A stretch of DNA of 64,000 nt from Candidatus Moraniibacteriota bacterium (GTDB taxonomy: Bacteria; Patescibacteriota; Minisyncoccia; CAIUEV01; JAHKAQ01): the NCBI GenBank assembly GCA_014729795.1, contig WJJI01000014.1, positions 757-64,756 on the forward strand, written 5' to 3'. Made by a program: the position numbers and the translations under genes. Below, in pieces: positions 49,004 through 59,062 of this stretch. The first letter of the stretch is position 1. Every line of letters begins with the position of its first letter. The notes under the pieces were generated by a model. It did no database searches. It was not told the DNA's origin and saw only the letters and a list, made by a program, of their open reading frames with translations.

Positions 49004-50107
49004 ATGCTTATTATTATCAAAATATTAAAATATATGATTCTTGCCGGCATTTTTGGCGCTGGCGTTGCCTTTACTATTGCCTCAGTTCGTTCTCCCAAGT
49101 ACCAATCCGACTTTACCGCCATGGTAGTCCAGAAAAATTGGGACAAAGACGCGGCTTTAAACCAACAAATTATAGAAAGAGCGCTCAACATTAGTCAACC
49201 TTTAATAAAAAGCGATTATTTTATTCAGGCGGTTGAAAAAAATAATCAAGAAAATCCTAAATTCGATTTAAACAACATCAACCAAAAACAATGGCGTCAA
49301 GCAATTTTTGTAATTCCCAATTCTCAACAAAAAACTATAAAAGTGGTGGCAAGCGATAATCAACCGGAAAGAGCCCTATGGATTGCTGGAGAAATTGCCT
49401 TTAACCTCAAACACATTTTAACCGAGTTTACCGACCCGGAAAAAATTGAACTAAAAATTATCCAACAGCCGGAACAAGGCAAGGCTTTTGATTATTTAAA
49501 TTTAATCGAGCCCACCTCAATGGGCGGTATTTTAGGCGCGGCGCTTGGATTGGTAATTTTTCTTTTATTTGGCCCCGGTTTAGAAAAAATTATCAATACT
49601 CAAACAATGAGCATAAATTCAGCTCAACGTTTGGACAAAAATTTAAATTTACCCAAAGAGCGGCTTAATGCTTATCCCGTTGCTGACTCTCGTGGCTATC
49701 AGAGTCATCCAACCCAAGCCCAGGCAGTAAAAAAACAACAAACTCCAATCTCCCAACCTCCTGCCCAAAACCTTCAAAATTCTGGTTTCAAATCATCAAT
49801 GCCTTCATCCCAAAATTACAGACAGCGATTTCAACAAGAAGCCGATCAAATCAATGCCGGCTATGTTAAAAGTTTTAAACAAAGCAAGCAGCGAGCCGCT
49901 CAACAAATGGCGCAAAAAGGCCGGTTAACCCCGCTGAATCAACCTTATAAAACAACCAGTTCAAATGATTACCCCTCGGTTAATCAAAAACCCAACCAAG
50001 AGCCAATCGCTACTTCTGATTCCAACCAATCTTTTAAATCTCGGGAGCCTAGCGAAGCTGACGAAGAAGAAATAAAAGCTCGACTCAATCGTTTAATTCA
50101 TGGCTAG
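49004..50107 (+). CDS. Wzz/YveK-like protein with a long disordered C-terminal tail
   Basis: TM, PKYQS, soluble domain, TM (GGILGAALG), then a Q/S/P-rich tail ending EEIKARLNRLIHG. Confidence 0.65.
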   Translation: MLIIIKILKYMILAGIFGAGVAFTIASVRSPKYQSDFTAMVVQKNWDKDAALNQQIIERALNISQPLIKSDYFIQAVEKNNQENPKFDLNNINQKQWRQAIFVIPNSQQKTIKVVASDNQPERALWIAGEIAFNLKHILTEFTDPEKIELKIIQQPEQGKAFDYLNLIEPTSMGGILGAALGLVIFLLFGPGLEKIINTQTMSINSAQRLDKNLNLPKERLNAYPVADSRGYQSHPTQAQAVKKQQTPISQPPAQNLQNSGFKSSMPSSQNYRQRFQQEADQINAGYVKSFKQSKQRAAQQMAQKGRLTPLNQPYKTTSSNDYPSVNQKPNQEPIATSDSNQSFKSREPSEADEEEIKARLNRLIHG

Positions 50108-50186
50108 CAATTCTTTCAACTCATTGCGTAGATTATAATAAGCCCTTATAATATCCACAGTCTTTACTTAGAATAAACAAGCATTT

Positions 50187-51632
50187 ATGGAAAAAATGGT
50201 TTTAAAAAATAGCGTTAAGCTAGGCATTTTCTTGGTGACTTTAATGACCGTTTTATCTGTTGTTAATTATTATTTTCGAGATCAAGCATTAAGTTTTTTG
50301 GATTCATTTTTTAACAGTAATAAAAACGACAATCAACAGGTTATTAACGACCCCGAGCATATTCAACAACCGGATCAAGAATCAACCCAACAAGACTTAA
50401 ACATTATTTCTTTTGGTCAAGAACTTTTAGGCTCCAAAGCAGAAAAGCAATATTTAGTGCTGTTTCAAAATTCCATGGAGTTGCGTCCAGGAGGGGGTTT
50501 TATCGGATCATTTGCTGAAATAAAAGTAGCCGATCAACAAATTCAAGAGAAAACCGTGCACAACACGGCTGTTTTTGATCGAATGGTGCAAAAAAAGCCG
50601 GTTCCTCCTTATGTGGTTGAAACTTACTTAAAAGTGGATCGGCTTGGCATTAAAGATTGTAATTGGCACCTAGATTTTTCCAGTAATGCCCGGCAATTTA
50701 TTGAGCTTTATAAAACCACTGACCGGGCCAAGCCAATTGATGGGGTTATTGGTCTAACCACGGAAATTCTGCCATTCATACTGGAATTAACCGGACCCGT
50801 AACCATTGATCAAGTTTCTGGTGAATTTACCAAGGAAAATGCTTTGGAAAAACTTGAGTATGAGGTAGAGGTTGGCTATAAGGATCGTGGCGCTAGCAAA
50901 GATGAGCGTAAAAGCATTATGGAACCGTTACTAAGCGCCATAATTAACAAAGTCCAAGCCATGAACAAGCTGGATCAATTATTTATGATCAGTAAAATTC
51001 AGGAATTAATGGATAAAAAGGTTATCCAATTTTATTTTTTAGACAATCGAATGCAAAATTATGTTGAAAAACATAATTGGGCCGGTCAGTTAGTTAAAGC
51101 TGAAGACACGGATTACCTAGCCATAGTCGAGGCTAATTTAGGCGCGCTCAAAACTGATCGTTGCATGGAAAGAAGACTGAGCTACATCGTGGATTATACC
51201 CGGCCACAACCCATTGCTAACTTAAAAATAAATTACAACCATACTTGTCAAGAAAAAGACTTCATGACCGGTGATTATCAAAGCTTTTTAAGGATCTATA
51301 CCCAACAGGACTCGCGTTTAATTACCACTCAAGGCTTTGCTCAAGGCTTAATTAAACCGGCCACCGACCCGCAAGATCGCGCCGTGATAGATTCGGAAGC
51401 GGATAAGAAAACTTTTGGTAACATGACCTATATTGAGTTAGGTTCTGGCAAAGAGTATGAATTTACCTACCTAATTAATTCAGGTCTTGTTGAAAATTAT
51501 CAGCTTTATTTTCAAAAACAACCAGGCTTGAAACCGCCCTGGCTGGAAGTTGTTTTAAAAACCTCGACCGGCCAAACAACTTTATACAACAATCAGGTCA
51601 CTCAAGACGTTGTGATTCAGAATACACCTTAA
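50187..51632 (+). CDS. DUF4012 domain protein
   Basis: YLVLFQNSMELRPGGGFIGSF, DCNWHLDF, DGVI, EANLGALKTD, QKQPG. Confidence 0.85.
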   Translation: MEKMVLKNSVKLGIFLVTLMTVLSVVNYYFRDQALSFLDSFFNSNKNDNQQVINDPEHIQQPDQESTQQDLNIISFGQELLGSKAEKQYLVLFQNSMELRPGGGFIGSFAEIKVADQQIQEKTVHNTAVFDRMVQKKPVPPYVVETYLKVDRLGIKDCNWHLDFSSNARQFIELYKTTDRAKPIDGVIGLTTEILPFILELTGPVTIDQVSGEFTKENALEKLEYEVEVGYKDRGASKDERKSIMEPLLSAIINKVQAMNKLDQLFMISKIQELMDKKVIQFYFLDNRMQNYVEKHNWAGQLVKAEDTDYLAIVEANLGALKTDRCMERRLSYIVDYTRPQPIANLKINYNHTCQEKDFMTGDYQSFLRIYTQQDSRLITTQGFAQGLIKPATDPQDRAVIDSEADKKTFGNMTYIELGSGKEYEFTYLINSGLVENYQLYFQKQPGLKPPWLEVVLKTSTGQTTLYNNQVTQDVVIQNTP

Positions 51633-51642
51633 TATTCAAAAC

Positions 51643-53628
51643 ATGTTAAAAAAAATACAAAAAACCAAACTCAGCAAAATCTTTTTAGCTACCTTGGTTT
51701 CGATACTGTTAATTGGCATTGCTTTAAGAATTTACCGGCATAGCGATTTTCTTCACTTTGAGCTAGATCAAGCCCGCGACGCTATAGTTATCAGTTCGGC
51801 TTACGAACAAGGTCCGGGACAACTGCCGCTCTTAGGGCCAAGGGCAGCCGGCACCATGCTTAGATTGGGGCCATTTTTTTATTACACCGGTTATCTAAGC
51901 GCTTTACTCTTTGGTAATCATCCAGCTGGGATGAACGGCATCAACCTAATCCTCAGCGTGGCTGCCATTTTACTTGTTTATTGTTTATTGCGTTATTATT
52001 TCTCTAGATTTATTAGCTTGGCAACCACAAGTATTTTTTCAGCCTCAATTTTTATCGTAGTTTACGCTCGCTTTGCCTGGAACCCCAACATGCTCATCTT
52101 TTTTATTCCGCTTCTGCTTTTAAATATCTTAGCTATTTTAAAACAAACCTATAAAAACAAAAAAACTCAACCTTGGCTTTTTTATAGCTTGTCATTCTTA
52201 ACCGCGGTTTGCATGCAGCTTCATTTTCTGGCCTTTTTAGCTGTGCCATTTTTTCTTTTAATGTTTGCAATAATATATTTTTATCTATTGCCGGTGCTTT
52301 TCAAATTAAAAAATTTTCAAATTAAGTCAATCTCGATCGCTTTCAAACAGGTTTTTAAGCAAAACATCAAGGGGCTTGGTCGGTTAATTAAAAAAGCCTG
52401 GCGACAAATCGCTTTGGCTCTTTTGATTTTTATGCTTATGTTTGCCCCGTTGTTTCTAAATGAATACTTAACCGGAGCTGATAACACCAAAGAGTTTTTT
52501 AAGGCCATCAGTGAAAAATCAGAAAAAAGCCAAGACCATGATTTGCTTGAAAAACTAGTTAGAAATTATCAGGAATACTCCAGAGGTTATTTTTTAATTA
52601 TTACCGGCTTACAAAAAACCGATAATATCAGCTTTGATTTTTGGGAGAAGAAAACCGGCATCATAGATTTTTCTTGCGATAGAAAGTGTCGTCAAAGGCT
52701 AAATGGCAGCATTGGCGCTTTCTTATTTATGACTCTGGGGTTCTCTTTGTTTTTATATAATATTTTTAAGTCTTTTCAAAAAGTCAAAAAAATCGTTAAC
52801 CGGAAATCAAACCGCAAATATAAATATGAACAAAGAAAAGCAATTTTACAATTCCATTTTTTAATTTTGATTTTTTTACTGTTTCTAGCCGCTTTTCTTG
52901 GGTTTTTACCGGTTGCTTACAAATTTCCACCAAGGTTTTTGTTATTCACCCAAATTGTTGCTTTTGTACTTTTAGGACTCATACTCAAGTTTATAAGTCG
53001 AACGATCCTCAGCCAAGCTCGCAAATTTAAAAAATATTCAACTAATCAATTCAAGTTAATTAGTAAAATTTGTATCATAATGTTAACCGCATTTTTATTC
53101 GGTTTAAATATTTTTTACAATCTGGAACGTTTTCAAGAACAGGCAAGCGCTCACACTACTAACCCAATTGAATTCGAAAGAGACACCATCCTTAAAGAAG
53201 ATATTCGTTTCACCAGAATCCAACAAACAAAGATAATTGATTGGATTAGAAACAACAGCGATCATCATATTGTTTATGTTTGGGGACCTCCAAAATATTA
53301 CCGGGCTTTTGTTTATGAGTTAATCTATCGGGAAAATTTTGATGGAAGAAGGTTGCGTTATAGCGCCGAATGCGGGAATGCCGATTATTTTGCCGTGGTA
53401 GGCGCCGATTCAGATGATGATTTTTTTCCTAAAGCACGGAAAATTTTTTCTTCTGTCGCTAATGAAAGCTTTGGCACTCTTAAAGTTCATAAACTTAATA
53501 TTAATAACCCTGATTTAATTGAGAAAAAAAATTGCGGTCCGGAAAAAGAAAAAAAGCCCAACAGTTATGCCAGAAGATATACCTGGGCTGAGGCATGGAA
53601 AAAACTATGGCGAGATTCAACCGATTAA
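51643..53628 (+). CDS. ArnT/PMT_2-like GT-C glycosyltransferase
   Basis: DQARD, PLLGP, LGPFFYY, RFAWNPN, QLH; polytopic. Confidence 0.8.
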   Translation: MLKKIQKTKLSKIFLATLVSILLIGIALRIYRHSDFLHFELDQARDAIVISSAYEQGPGQLPLLGPRAAGTMLRLGPFFYYTGYLSALLFGNHPAGMNGINLILSVAAILLVYCLLRYYFSRFISLATTSIFSASIFIVVYARFAWNPNMLIFFIPLLLLNILAILKQTYKNKKTQPWLFYSLSFLTAVCMQLHFLAFLAVPFFLLMFAIIYFYLLPVLFKLKNFQIKSISIAFKQVFKQNIKGLGRLIKKAWRQIALALLIFMLMFAPLFLNEYLTGADNTKEFFKAISEKSEKSQDHDLLEKLVRNYQEYSRGYFLIITGLQKTDNISFDFWEKKTGIIDFSCDRKCRQRLNGSIGAFLFMTLGFSLFLYNIFKSFQKVKKIVNRKSNRKYKYEQRKAILQFHFLILIFLLFLAAFLGFLPVAYKFPPRFLLFTQIVAFVLLGLILKFISRTILSQARKFKKYSTNQFKLISKICIIMLTAFLFGLNIFYNLERFQEQASAHTTNPIEFERDTILKEDIRFTRIQQTKIIDWIRNNSDHHIVYVWGPPKYYRAFVYELIYRENFDGRRLRYSAECGNADYFAVVGADSDDDFFPKARKIFSSVANESFGTLKVHKLNINNPDLIEKKNCGPEKEKKPNSYARRYTWAEAWKKLWRDSTD

Positions 53629-53636
53629 GACTAATA

Positions 53637-54194
53637 TTAAAATGAGCGGAATTTTTTTCTAATCATTGGATAATCAGGAATGGTTTTAGCAACCAATTGC
53701 CAAAATTTCAGCGAATGATTCATTTGTTTCAAATGACACAATTCATGAACAATTAAATAATCGGCGCATTTATTGGGCAAAAAAACAATTCGATAATTAA
53801 AATTCAAGTTACGTTTGCCTGAGCAGCTTCCCCAACGAGTGCGTTGATTTCGAATTGAAATGCGATTAAACCTAAATTTATAAAACCGATTATAATATTG
53901 CAGCCGGTCTAAAACAAAATTATAAGCCCTGTGTTTATATTTTAAATAATCTTTTCTGTTTCCCTGTCGCAACAGCCCGACTTTTTGTTGTTTTGCTTGT
54001 TGAATTTTATCAATAATCCAACCTTTTTTACTGACCATGAAAGTTTCAAGCGCGCCAACGCTCATAAAAAAAGGCAAAGTGGCCGACAGCTCCCCTTTAT
54101 GATTTACGGTCAAGCGGATGTTTTTAGCTTTAAAACTTTTTTTTAAATAATATCCAAAATTTTGTTTATTTAACTGAATGAAGCGCTGATTCAT
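53637..54194 (-). CDS. YgjP/DUF45 (M48-like) metal-dependent hydrolase
   Basis: QRTRWGSCS, DYLIVHELCHLKQMNHSLKFW (HExxH). Confidence 0.9.
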   Translation of the reverse strand: MNQRFIQLNKQNFGYYLKKSFKAKNIRLTVNHKGELSATLPFFMSVGALETFMVSKKGWIIDKIQQAKQQKVGLLRQGNRKDYLKYKHRAYNFVLDRLQYYNRFYKFRFNRISIRNQRTRWGSCSGKRNLNFNYRIVFLPNKCADYLIVHELCHLKQMNHSLKFWQLVAKTIPDYPMIRKKFRSF

Positions 54195-54221
54195 ATAGGT
54201 TTAGCTTATTTGAGTTTTGAA

Positions 54222-55670
54222 TTATTTTGCAACCCATTTCTTGGTCCAATTCAGGAAAAATGTTTTTATCCTATAATTTTTATGGCTCATTTCTGAACCA
54301 TAAGTAAAACTTGCATAAATAAAAAAACTAGCAATTAGAGGAACTAACACCGCTAAATAAACTGTGTAGAATAATTTTTTTGACTTTAATTTATTTAGCC
54401 AGTGAGCACAAACCAGCATAAAGAGGATAATCGAAATTGTCAAAGCATTCATATATGAATATAAAAACAAAGGTCTTTTTATTAAAATAAAAGGTAAAAA
54501 ACTACAAACATATCCTAATAAAAAAGAGCCTTTTAAGCTAAATGATTGCTTAATTTTTGGAAAAAAGACAATCGCGCCTAAGATGCCCAAAATACCAGCC
54601 AACCAAACAATCGGATTGCCCTGAAAGGTTATATTGCGTCGACCCTGGTCATTGTGTTCAGAAAAGTACAAAACCGGTTTTTGCATTATCGGCCAAGTAT
54701 AAGATCGGCTGGAATAAGGATGATCAGCTCTGATACGTGAATTAGAAATAAACATTTGTTTATTCAAATAATAAACGTATTTTAATTTTACCCATTGATC
54801 CGGTAAAAATTGGTTTTTAAATTCCGGTTCTTTTCCGGGCGTATTAACAGTATCGTAATGATCATCTGGCATCAGACTAAAATGCAGAAAAAAGATAGAA
54901 ATATAAAATAATAAAAAACTAAAAATTAGCAATAAATACCTACCTACCAACATCGGCGCTGTCTTTAATGCTATACTCGACATTTTTTTAAGTTTGAACC
55001 TTACTTTGAGAACTTTGGTTCCATAATCAAAAAATAAAATCAAAAAAACAATGGCTAAGTAACATAAACCGGTCCACTTTGTTGAAACGCTGGCGCTTAA
55101 AAATATGCCGGCTAAAAATAATTTTTTCCAACTGTAATTGTTATTCCTTGCATTTAGAAAGACAAGTAAACCCAAAAGACCAAAAAGCACCAAAAAACTA
55201 TCAAGTAGGATGAAACGAGCTTGAACAACAAAAGAGTTCTCCAAAAGCAACAAACAACCACCCAGAAACGCAAGGCTGGGCCGCAGTTTAATTTGCCGCA
55301 GTAAATAATAAAAAATCAACGGTATTAAACTGCCCGCCAAAGCCGGTCCATAGCGAAAAATTAAGTATGGAGTCGCGCCGTAATCATCCGCATGCGCGAA
55401 TTTAAAATCGCCAAAATGCTTTACAAAATCGCCATATCCGCCTAGATAAGTGAATAAATAAATTATTAACTTGCCCAGTGGCGGATGAATGTCAAAATAA
55501 GATTTTTGAATAAAATACGAATTCACAAAACCACCGAAGTGGGTTTCGTCAAAAACCACAATCGCTGGATAATCTAAAAAAGCCAGCCTGGAAACCAAAC
55601 CAAAAACTATCAGCAAGCCCGGAAATATTAAGTTTTTGTCATTAATTTTTTTAAAAAAAATTTTTTTCAC
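54222..55670 (-). CDS. protein O-mannosyltransferase-like (PMT, GT39)
   Basis: VVFDETHF (DE motif), FDIHPPLGK, RFILLD, KWTG, HPYSS..YTWP, GNP..W, RPLFLYSY. Confidence 0.85.
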   Translation of the reverse strand: MKKIFFKKINDKNLIFPGLLIVFGLVSRLAFLDYPAIVVFDETHFGGFVNSYFIQKSYFDIHPPLGKLIIYLFTYLGGYGDFVKHFGDFKFAHADDYGATPYLIFRYGPALAGSLIPLIFYYLLRQIKLRPSLAFLGGCLLLLENSFVVQARFILLDSFLVLFGLLGLLVFLNARNNNYSWKKLFLAGIFLSASVSTKWTGLCYLAIVFLILFFDYGTKVLKVRFKLKKMSSIALKTAPMLVGRYLLLIFSFLLFYISIFFLHFSLMPDDHYDTVNTPGKEPEFKNQFLPDQWVKLKYVYYLNKQMFISNSRIRADHPYSSRSYTWPIMQKPVLYFSEHNDQGRRNITFQGNPIVWLAGILGILGAIVFFPKIKQSFSLKGSFLLGYVCSFLPFILIKRPLFLYSYMNALTISIILFMLVCAHWLNKLKSKKLFYTVYLAVLVPLIASFFIYASFTYGSEMSHKNYRIKTFFLNWTKKWVAK

Positions 55671-55712
55671 GATTGCTTTTAAATTACCTTAAATTTATTT
55701 TAATTTGAGTTC

Positions 55713-57572
55713 TTATTTAATATATTTTTGTCTCAATTTAAAAACTTCTCCGTGTTCAATAAATTTATCCTCAATAGCTTGAATTTCAACTTTTTTATTA
55801 AGCCCCCTTTCTGTTAATTGGTTCAAAAAAAAGCTGCCAAAACCCCCGATTTTACTGTTTTCTTCTACCACGGTTATTTTTTTAGCCTTTTTCGCGTACT
55901 GAAAAATTTCCGGATCCAAGGGCTTTAAGAATCTAGGATTTATTATCGTAGGCAATGATTTTAAAATTCGCTTTTTTCTTAACCTTTCGATCAAAGCCAA
56001 CACCCTTGGCAATTGATTGCCCACTGCTATATATAATTGCTGATTTCCTTGATGAATTAATTCCAGCTTAAATTTTTTAACCAGTGGATTTTTGGGAGTT
56101 TTTTTAAAAATCTCAGGACAATTTTTGGGATTAAGTCTCAATGCTTCTTTGGGGTAACGAATGGCTACCGGCCCGTTAATTTCAGTTATCGCCAACTCCA
56201 GCATTCGACCCAGGTCTGCGGGACTGCGCGGCGCCAAAACGGTTAAGTTTGGTATCGGCAATAAATAGCTTAAATCAAAAACGCCATGATGAGTAGGACC
56301 GTCTTCGCCCACTAATCCAGCCCGATCAATCGTTAAAACCACCGGCAGCTTTTGCAAGCACACATCATGTAGTATTTGATCATAAGCTCGTTGCAAAAAA
56401 GTTGAATAAATTGCCACCACCGGTCGCAATCCGGCCTTAGCCAAACCAGCGGCAAAAGTAACCGCGTGACTTTCGCAAATCCCTACGTCATAAAATTGCT
56501 TTGGCCTCTGATTCGCCAGATATCCCAAACCGGTACCCGTCGCCATAGCCGCTGTGATTCCAATTATTTTAGGATTTTTCTTAGCCAGTTTTAATAATTT
56601 ATCGCTCAGGGCCTGAGTATAATTTTCTGTTGCCGGTTTTTTGTTTTTCGGCAATGAGCAGCCATTGGTAACATCAAAAGCCGAGACCCCGTGGTATTGA
56701 TCGGCGCTTTTTTCCGCCGGCTTATAGCCATGGCCTTTTTGGGTACGCGCGTGAATCAAAACCGGTCCTTTAAGTTTGTCCGCTTTTTTTAACGCTTGAC
56801 TTATTTCCGTAACAATATGACCATCAACCGGCCCCAGGTAATTAATTCCCAGCTTTTCAAAAAAAAGTCCCGGGGTCCCCACTCTTTTAATTGCTTTTTT
56901 TAAAGATTTTAATCGCCTATATGATCGTTCCTCAATACAAGACCCCAATAGGTAGTTAAGATCATTTTTAACTCTCTGATAAATTTGAGTTTTTTCAATT
57001 CTTTTAGTGTATTGAGCCAAAGCTCCAACATTTTGACTAATCGACATGCGATTATCATTGAGAACAATAATCACTTGGCTGCCCAAGTAGCCAATTTGAT
57101 TAATTGCCTCCAAAGCCAATCCGCTAGTCAAGGAACCATCTCCAATAACCGCAACCACTCGCTGAATCGTCTTTTGTTTTTTAAAAGCCTCGGCCATTCC
57201 GATAGCCGCGGAAATAGAGGTGCTGCTATGACCGGTGGCGAAAGCGTCATAAATACTTTCTTCCGGCCGAGGAAAACCGCTCAATCCCCCAATTTGTCTC
57301 AATGTGGAAAATTTTTCTCTACGTCCGGTAATTATTTTATGCACGTACGATTGATGCCCTACGTCCCAAATTAACTTATCCTTTGGACAGTCCAAAAATC
57401 GGTGCAAAGCCAAAGTAAGCTCCACCACCCCCAGGTTGGAAGCCAAATGACCCCCGGTTTGAGATATGTTATTTAATAAAAAAATCCGAATCTCTTTAGC
57501 TAATTGCTTGAGCTTTTGAGGTTTAAGCTTTTTAAGATCTTGCGGACTTTGAATTTTTTTTAACAAGGCCAT
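55713..57572 (-). CDS. dxs: 1-deoxy-D-xylulose-5-phosphate synthase
   Basis: GGHLASNLGVVEL, WDVGHQSY, GHSSTSISA, GDGSLT, NDNRMSI, YSTFLQRAYDQ, DGPTHHG, IRYP. Confidence 0.96.
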   Translation of the reverse strand: MALLKKIQSPQDLKKLKPQKLKQLAKEIRIFLLNNISQTGGHLASNLGVVELTLALHRFLDCPKDKLIWDVGHQSYVHKIITGRREKFSTLRQIGGLSGFPRPEESIYDAFATGHSSTSISAAIGMAEAFKKQKTIQRVVAVIGDGSLTSGLALEAINQIGYLGSQVIIVLNDNRMSISQNVGALAQYTKRIEKTQIYQRVKNDLNYLLGSCIEERSYRRLKSLKKAIKRVGTPGLFFEKLGINYLGPVDGHIVTEISQALKKADKLKGPVLIHARTQKGHGYKPAEKSADQYHGVSAFDVTNGCSLPKNKKPATENYTQALSDKLLKLAKKNPKIIGITAAMATGTGLGYLANQRPKQFYDVGICESHAVTFAAGLAKAGLRPVVAIYSTFLQRAYDQILHDVCLQKLPVVLTIDRAGLVGEDGPTHHGVFDLSYLLPIPNLTVLAPRSPADLGRMLELAITEINGPVAIRYPKEALRLNPKNCPEIFKKTPKNPLVKKFKLELIHQGNQQLYIAVGNQLPRVLALIERLRKKRILKSLPTIINPRFLKPLDPEIFQYAKKAKKITVVEENSKIGGFGSFFLNQLTERGLNKKVEIQAIEDKFIEHGEVFKLRQKYIK

Positions 57573-57625
57573 TTCGATTATTTAGCAATATTTCTTACGG
57601 TTTCTAAAAGCTTTTTATAGCTGCG

Positions 57626-58330
57626 CTACTGTTGAGTATTCAAAACAGCTTCAGCTATCTTTAAATCCCGAGCAAAAGTAATTTTAAAATTTAAACTACC
57701 GGTGGGCACCAGTTTTATTGGCTGGTTATTACACTTTAGCAACTCAAGCTCGTCAGTTAATTCCTGACCAAGTCGTTGAGCTCGCTCCATAGCTTTTTTT
57801 AGTTCACCAAAACGAGCGGCTTGAGGGGTTTGTGTGCGCCAAATATAATCTCTATCCAATCGCTTAATCACTGTTAAATTTTGATCCACCACGCGCAAAG
57901 TGTCAACCGATGGTTGGGCTAAGGCGCAACCATAGCCTAGCTTAACCTCTCGAATCAAAATTTTCAGTTCCTTTATTTGGAAAAAAGGATTGGCTGCGTT
58001 GTGAACCAGTACAATTTCTTGGTTGGGGATTTTTATCTCATGCAAATAATTCAAGGCATTTGCAACCGAATTCTGTCGAGTATTCCCGCCCACAATCATT
58101 GCCTTGATTTTTTGTTGAACTTTCTTGTTCAAGTGTTGCTCAATGCTGCTTTTAAACTCTTGCTTATAGTTCGGCGGAACTAAAATAATAATTTGCTTTA
58201 TGCCGGTTAAAGGCAATTTTGCCAATGAATGCACAAACAAAGGCTTACCCGCCAATTCAATCAAAGCTTTAGGCTTTTTGGCCCCCAAGCGACTTCCCTT
58301 ACCGGCAGCGCATAAAATAAAAATTGCCAT
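57626..58330 (-). CDS. ispD: 2-C-methyl-D-erythritol 4-phosphate cytidylyltransferase
   Basis: AAGKGSRLG, GGNTRQNSV, LVHNAANP, QTPQ, NFKITFARDL. Confidence 0.9.
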   Translation of the reverse strand: MAIFILCAAGKGSRLGAKKPKALIELAGKPLFVHSLAKLPLTGIKQIIILVPPNYKQEFKSSIEQHLNKKVQQKIKAMIVGGNTRQNSVANALNYLHEIKIPNQEIVLVHNAANPFFQIKELKILIREVKLGYGCALAQPSVDTLRVVDQNLTVIKRLDRDYIWRTQTPQAARFGELKKAMERAQRLGQELTDELELLKCNNQPIKLVPTGSLNFKITFARDLKIAEAVLNTQQ

Positions 58331-58409
58331 AAGAATATTTAATTAATATATAAATTACGCATTCAGAAAAATTTTATATAAAATACCAAGCGCCCAATTT
58401 AAATAATAG

Positions 58410-59015
58410 CTATTTTAGACCGGCAATCTCACGATCAGTTTGCCGTAAACGTAATTCATAAAGCATTTTTTCCAAGTTTTTCAGATTGTGCTTGGCTTGA
58501 TCAAATTTATGACGGTCAGAGCCGCGCAAATTTAATTCCAATAAAGCGTTAATAATTTGTTCGCTGATTTCGTGAAAATCCTGCAATTGATCAAGCTTTT
58601 TCAAGCTCGCCAAACGAACCGCTCTTCGATTAAGCTCGCCGGTTAAATCAGCCAAACCGCCGATCAATATTTCCGGATTACCCCGCAAAAAATCTAAAAG
58701 TTTTCTCGGGATTTCAAGCTCGCCGTTCTCAATGTAATTACAATAAAGCTCGGCTTCTACATACTCTTCCAAGGCTTCGTTGCAAAAACCTTCATATCTT
58801 AATCTTGGATTTTCTTGCGTGATGTTAATAATTTTGTTCAATAATTCTTGATTTTCCCGCAACCTTTTTCGAGCCTGTCTCGGTTTTTGATTATGCGTAA
58901 GGCTAATAGCTTTTTTTGAGTTTTTTAAAATAAGACGCGAGGCGTCAAAAACCTGATTATTTTTTCCCTCATAAGTTTGATGGTCTTTTATTAAATTAGC
59001 CAAAAGATTGATCAT
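58410..59015 (-). CDS. Translin/TRAX family protein
   Basis: SKKAISLTH, ALEEYVEAE, GGLADLTGELNRRAV, RHKFD...LE. Confidence 0.85.
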   Translation of the reverse strand: MINLLANLIKDHQTYEGKNNQVFDASRLILKNSKKAISLTHNQKPRQARKRLRENQELLNKIINITQENPRLRYEGFCNEALEEYVEAELYCNYIENGELEIPRKLLDFLRGNPEILIGGLADLTGELNRRAVRLASLKKLDQLQDFHEISEQIINALLELNLRGSDRHKFDQAKHNLKNLEKMLYELRLRQTDREIAGLK

Positions 59016-59062
59016 TTTTGTTATTTATAGATATTAATTTCTTGCTAAGGCATTTAAGTGGA

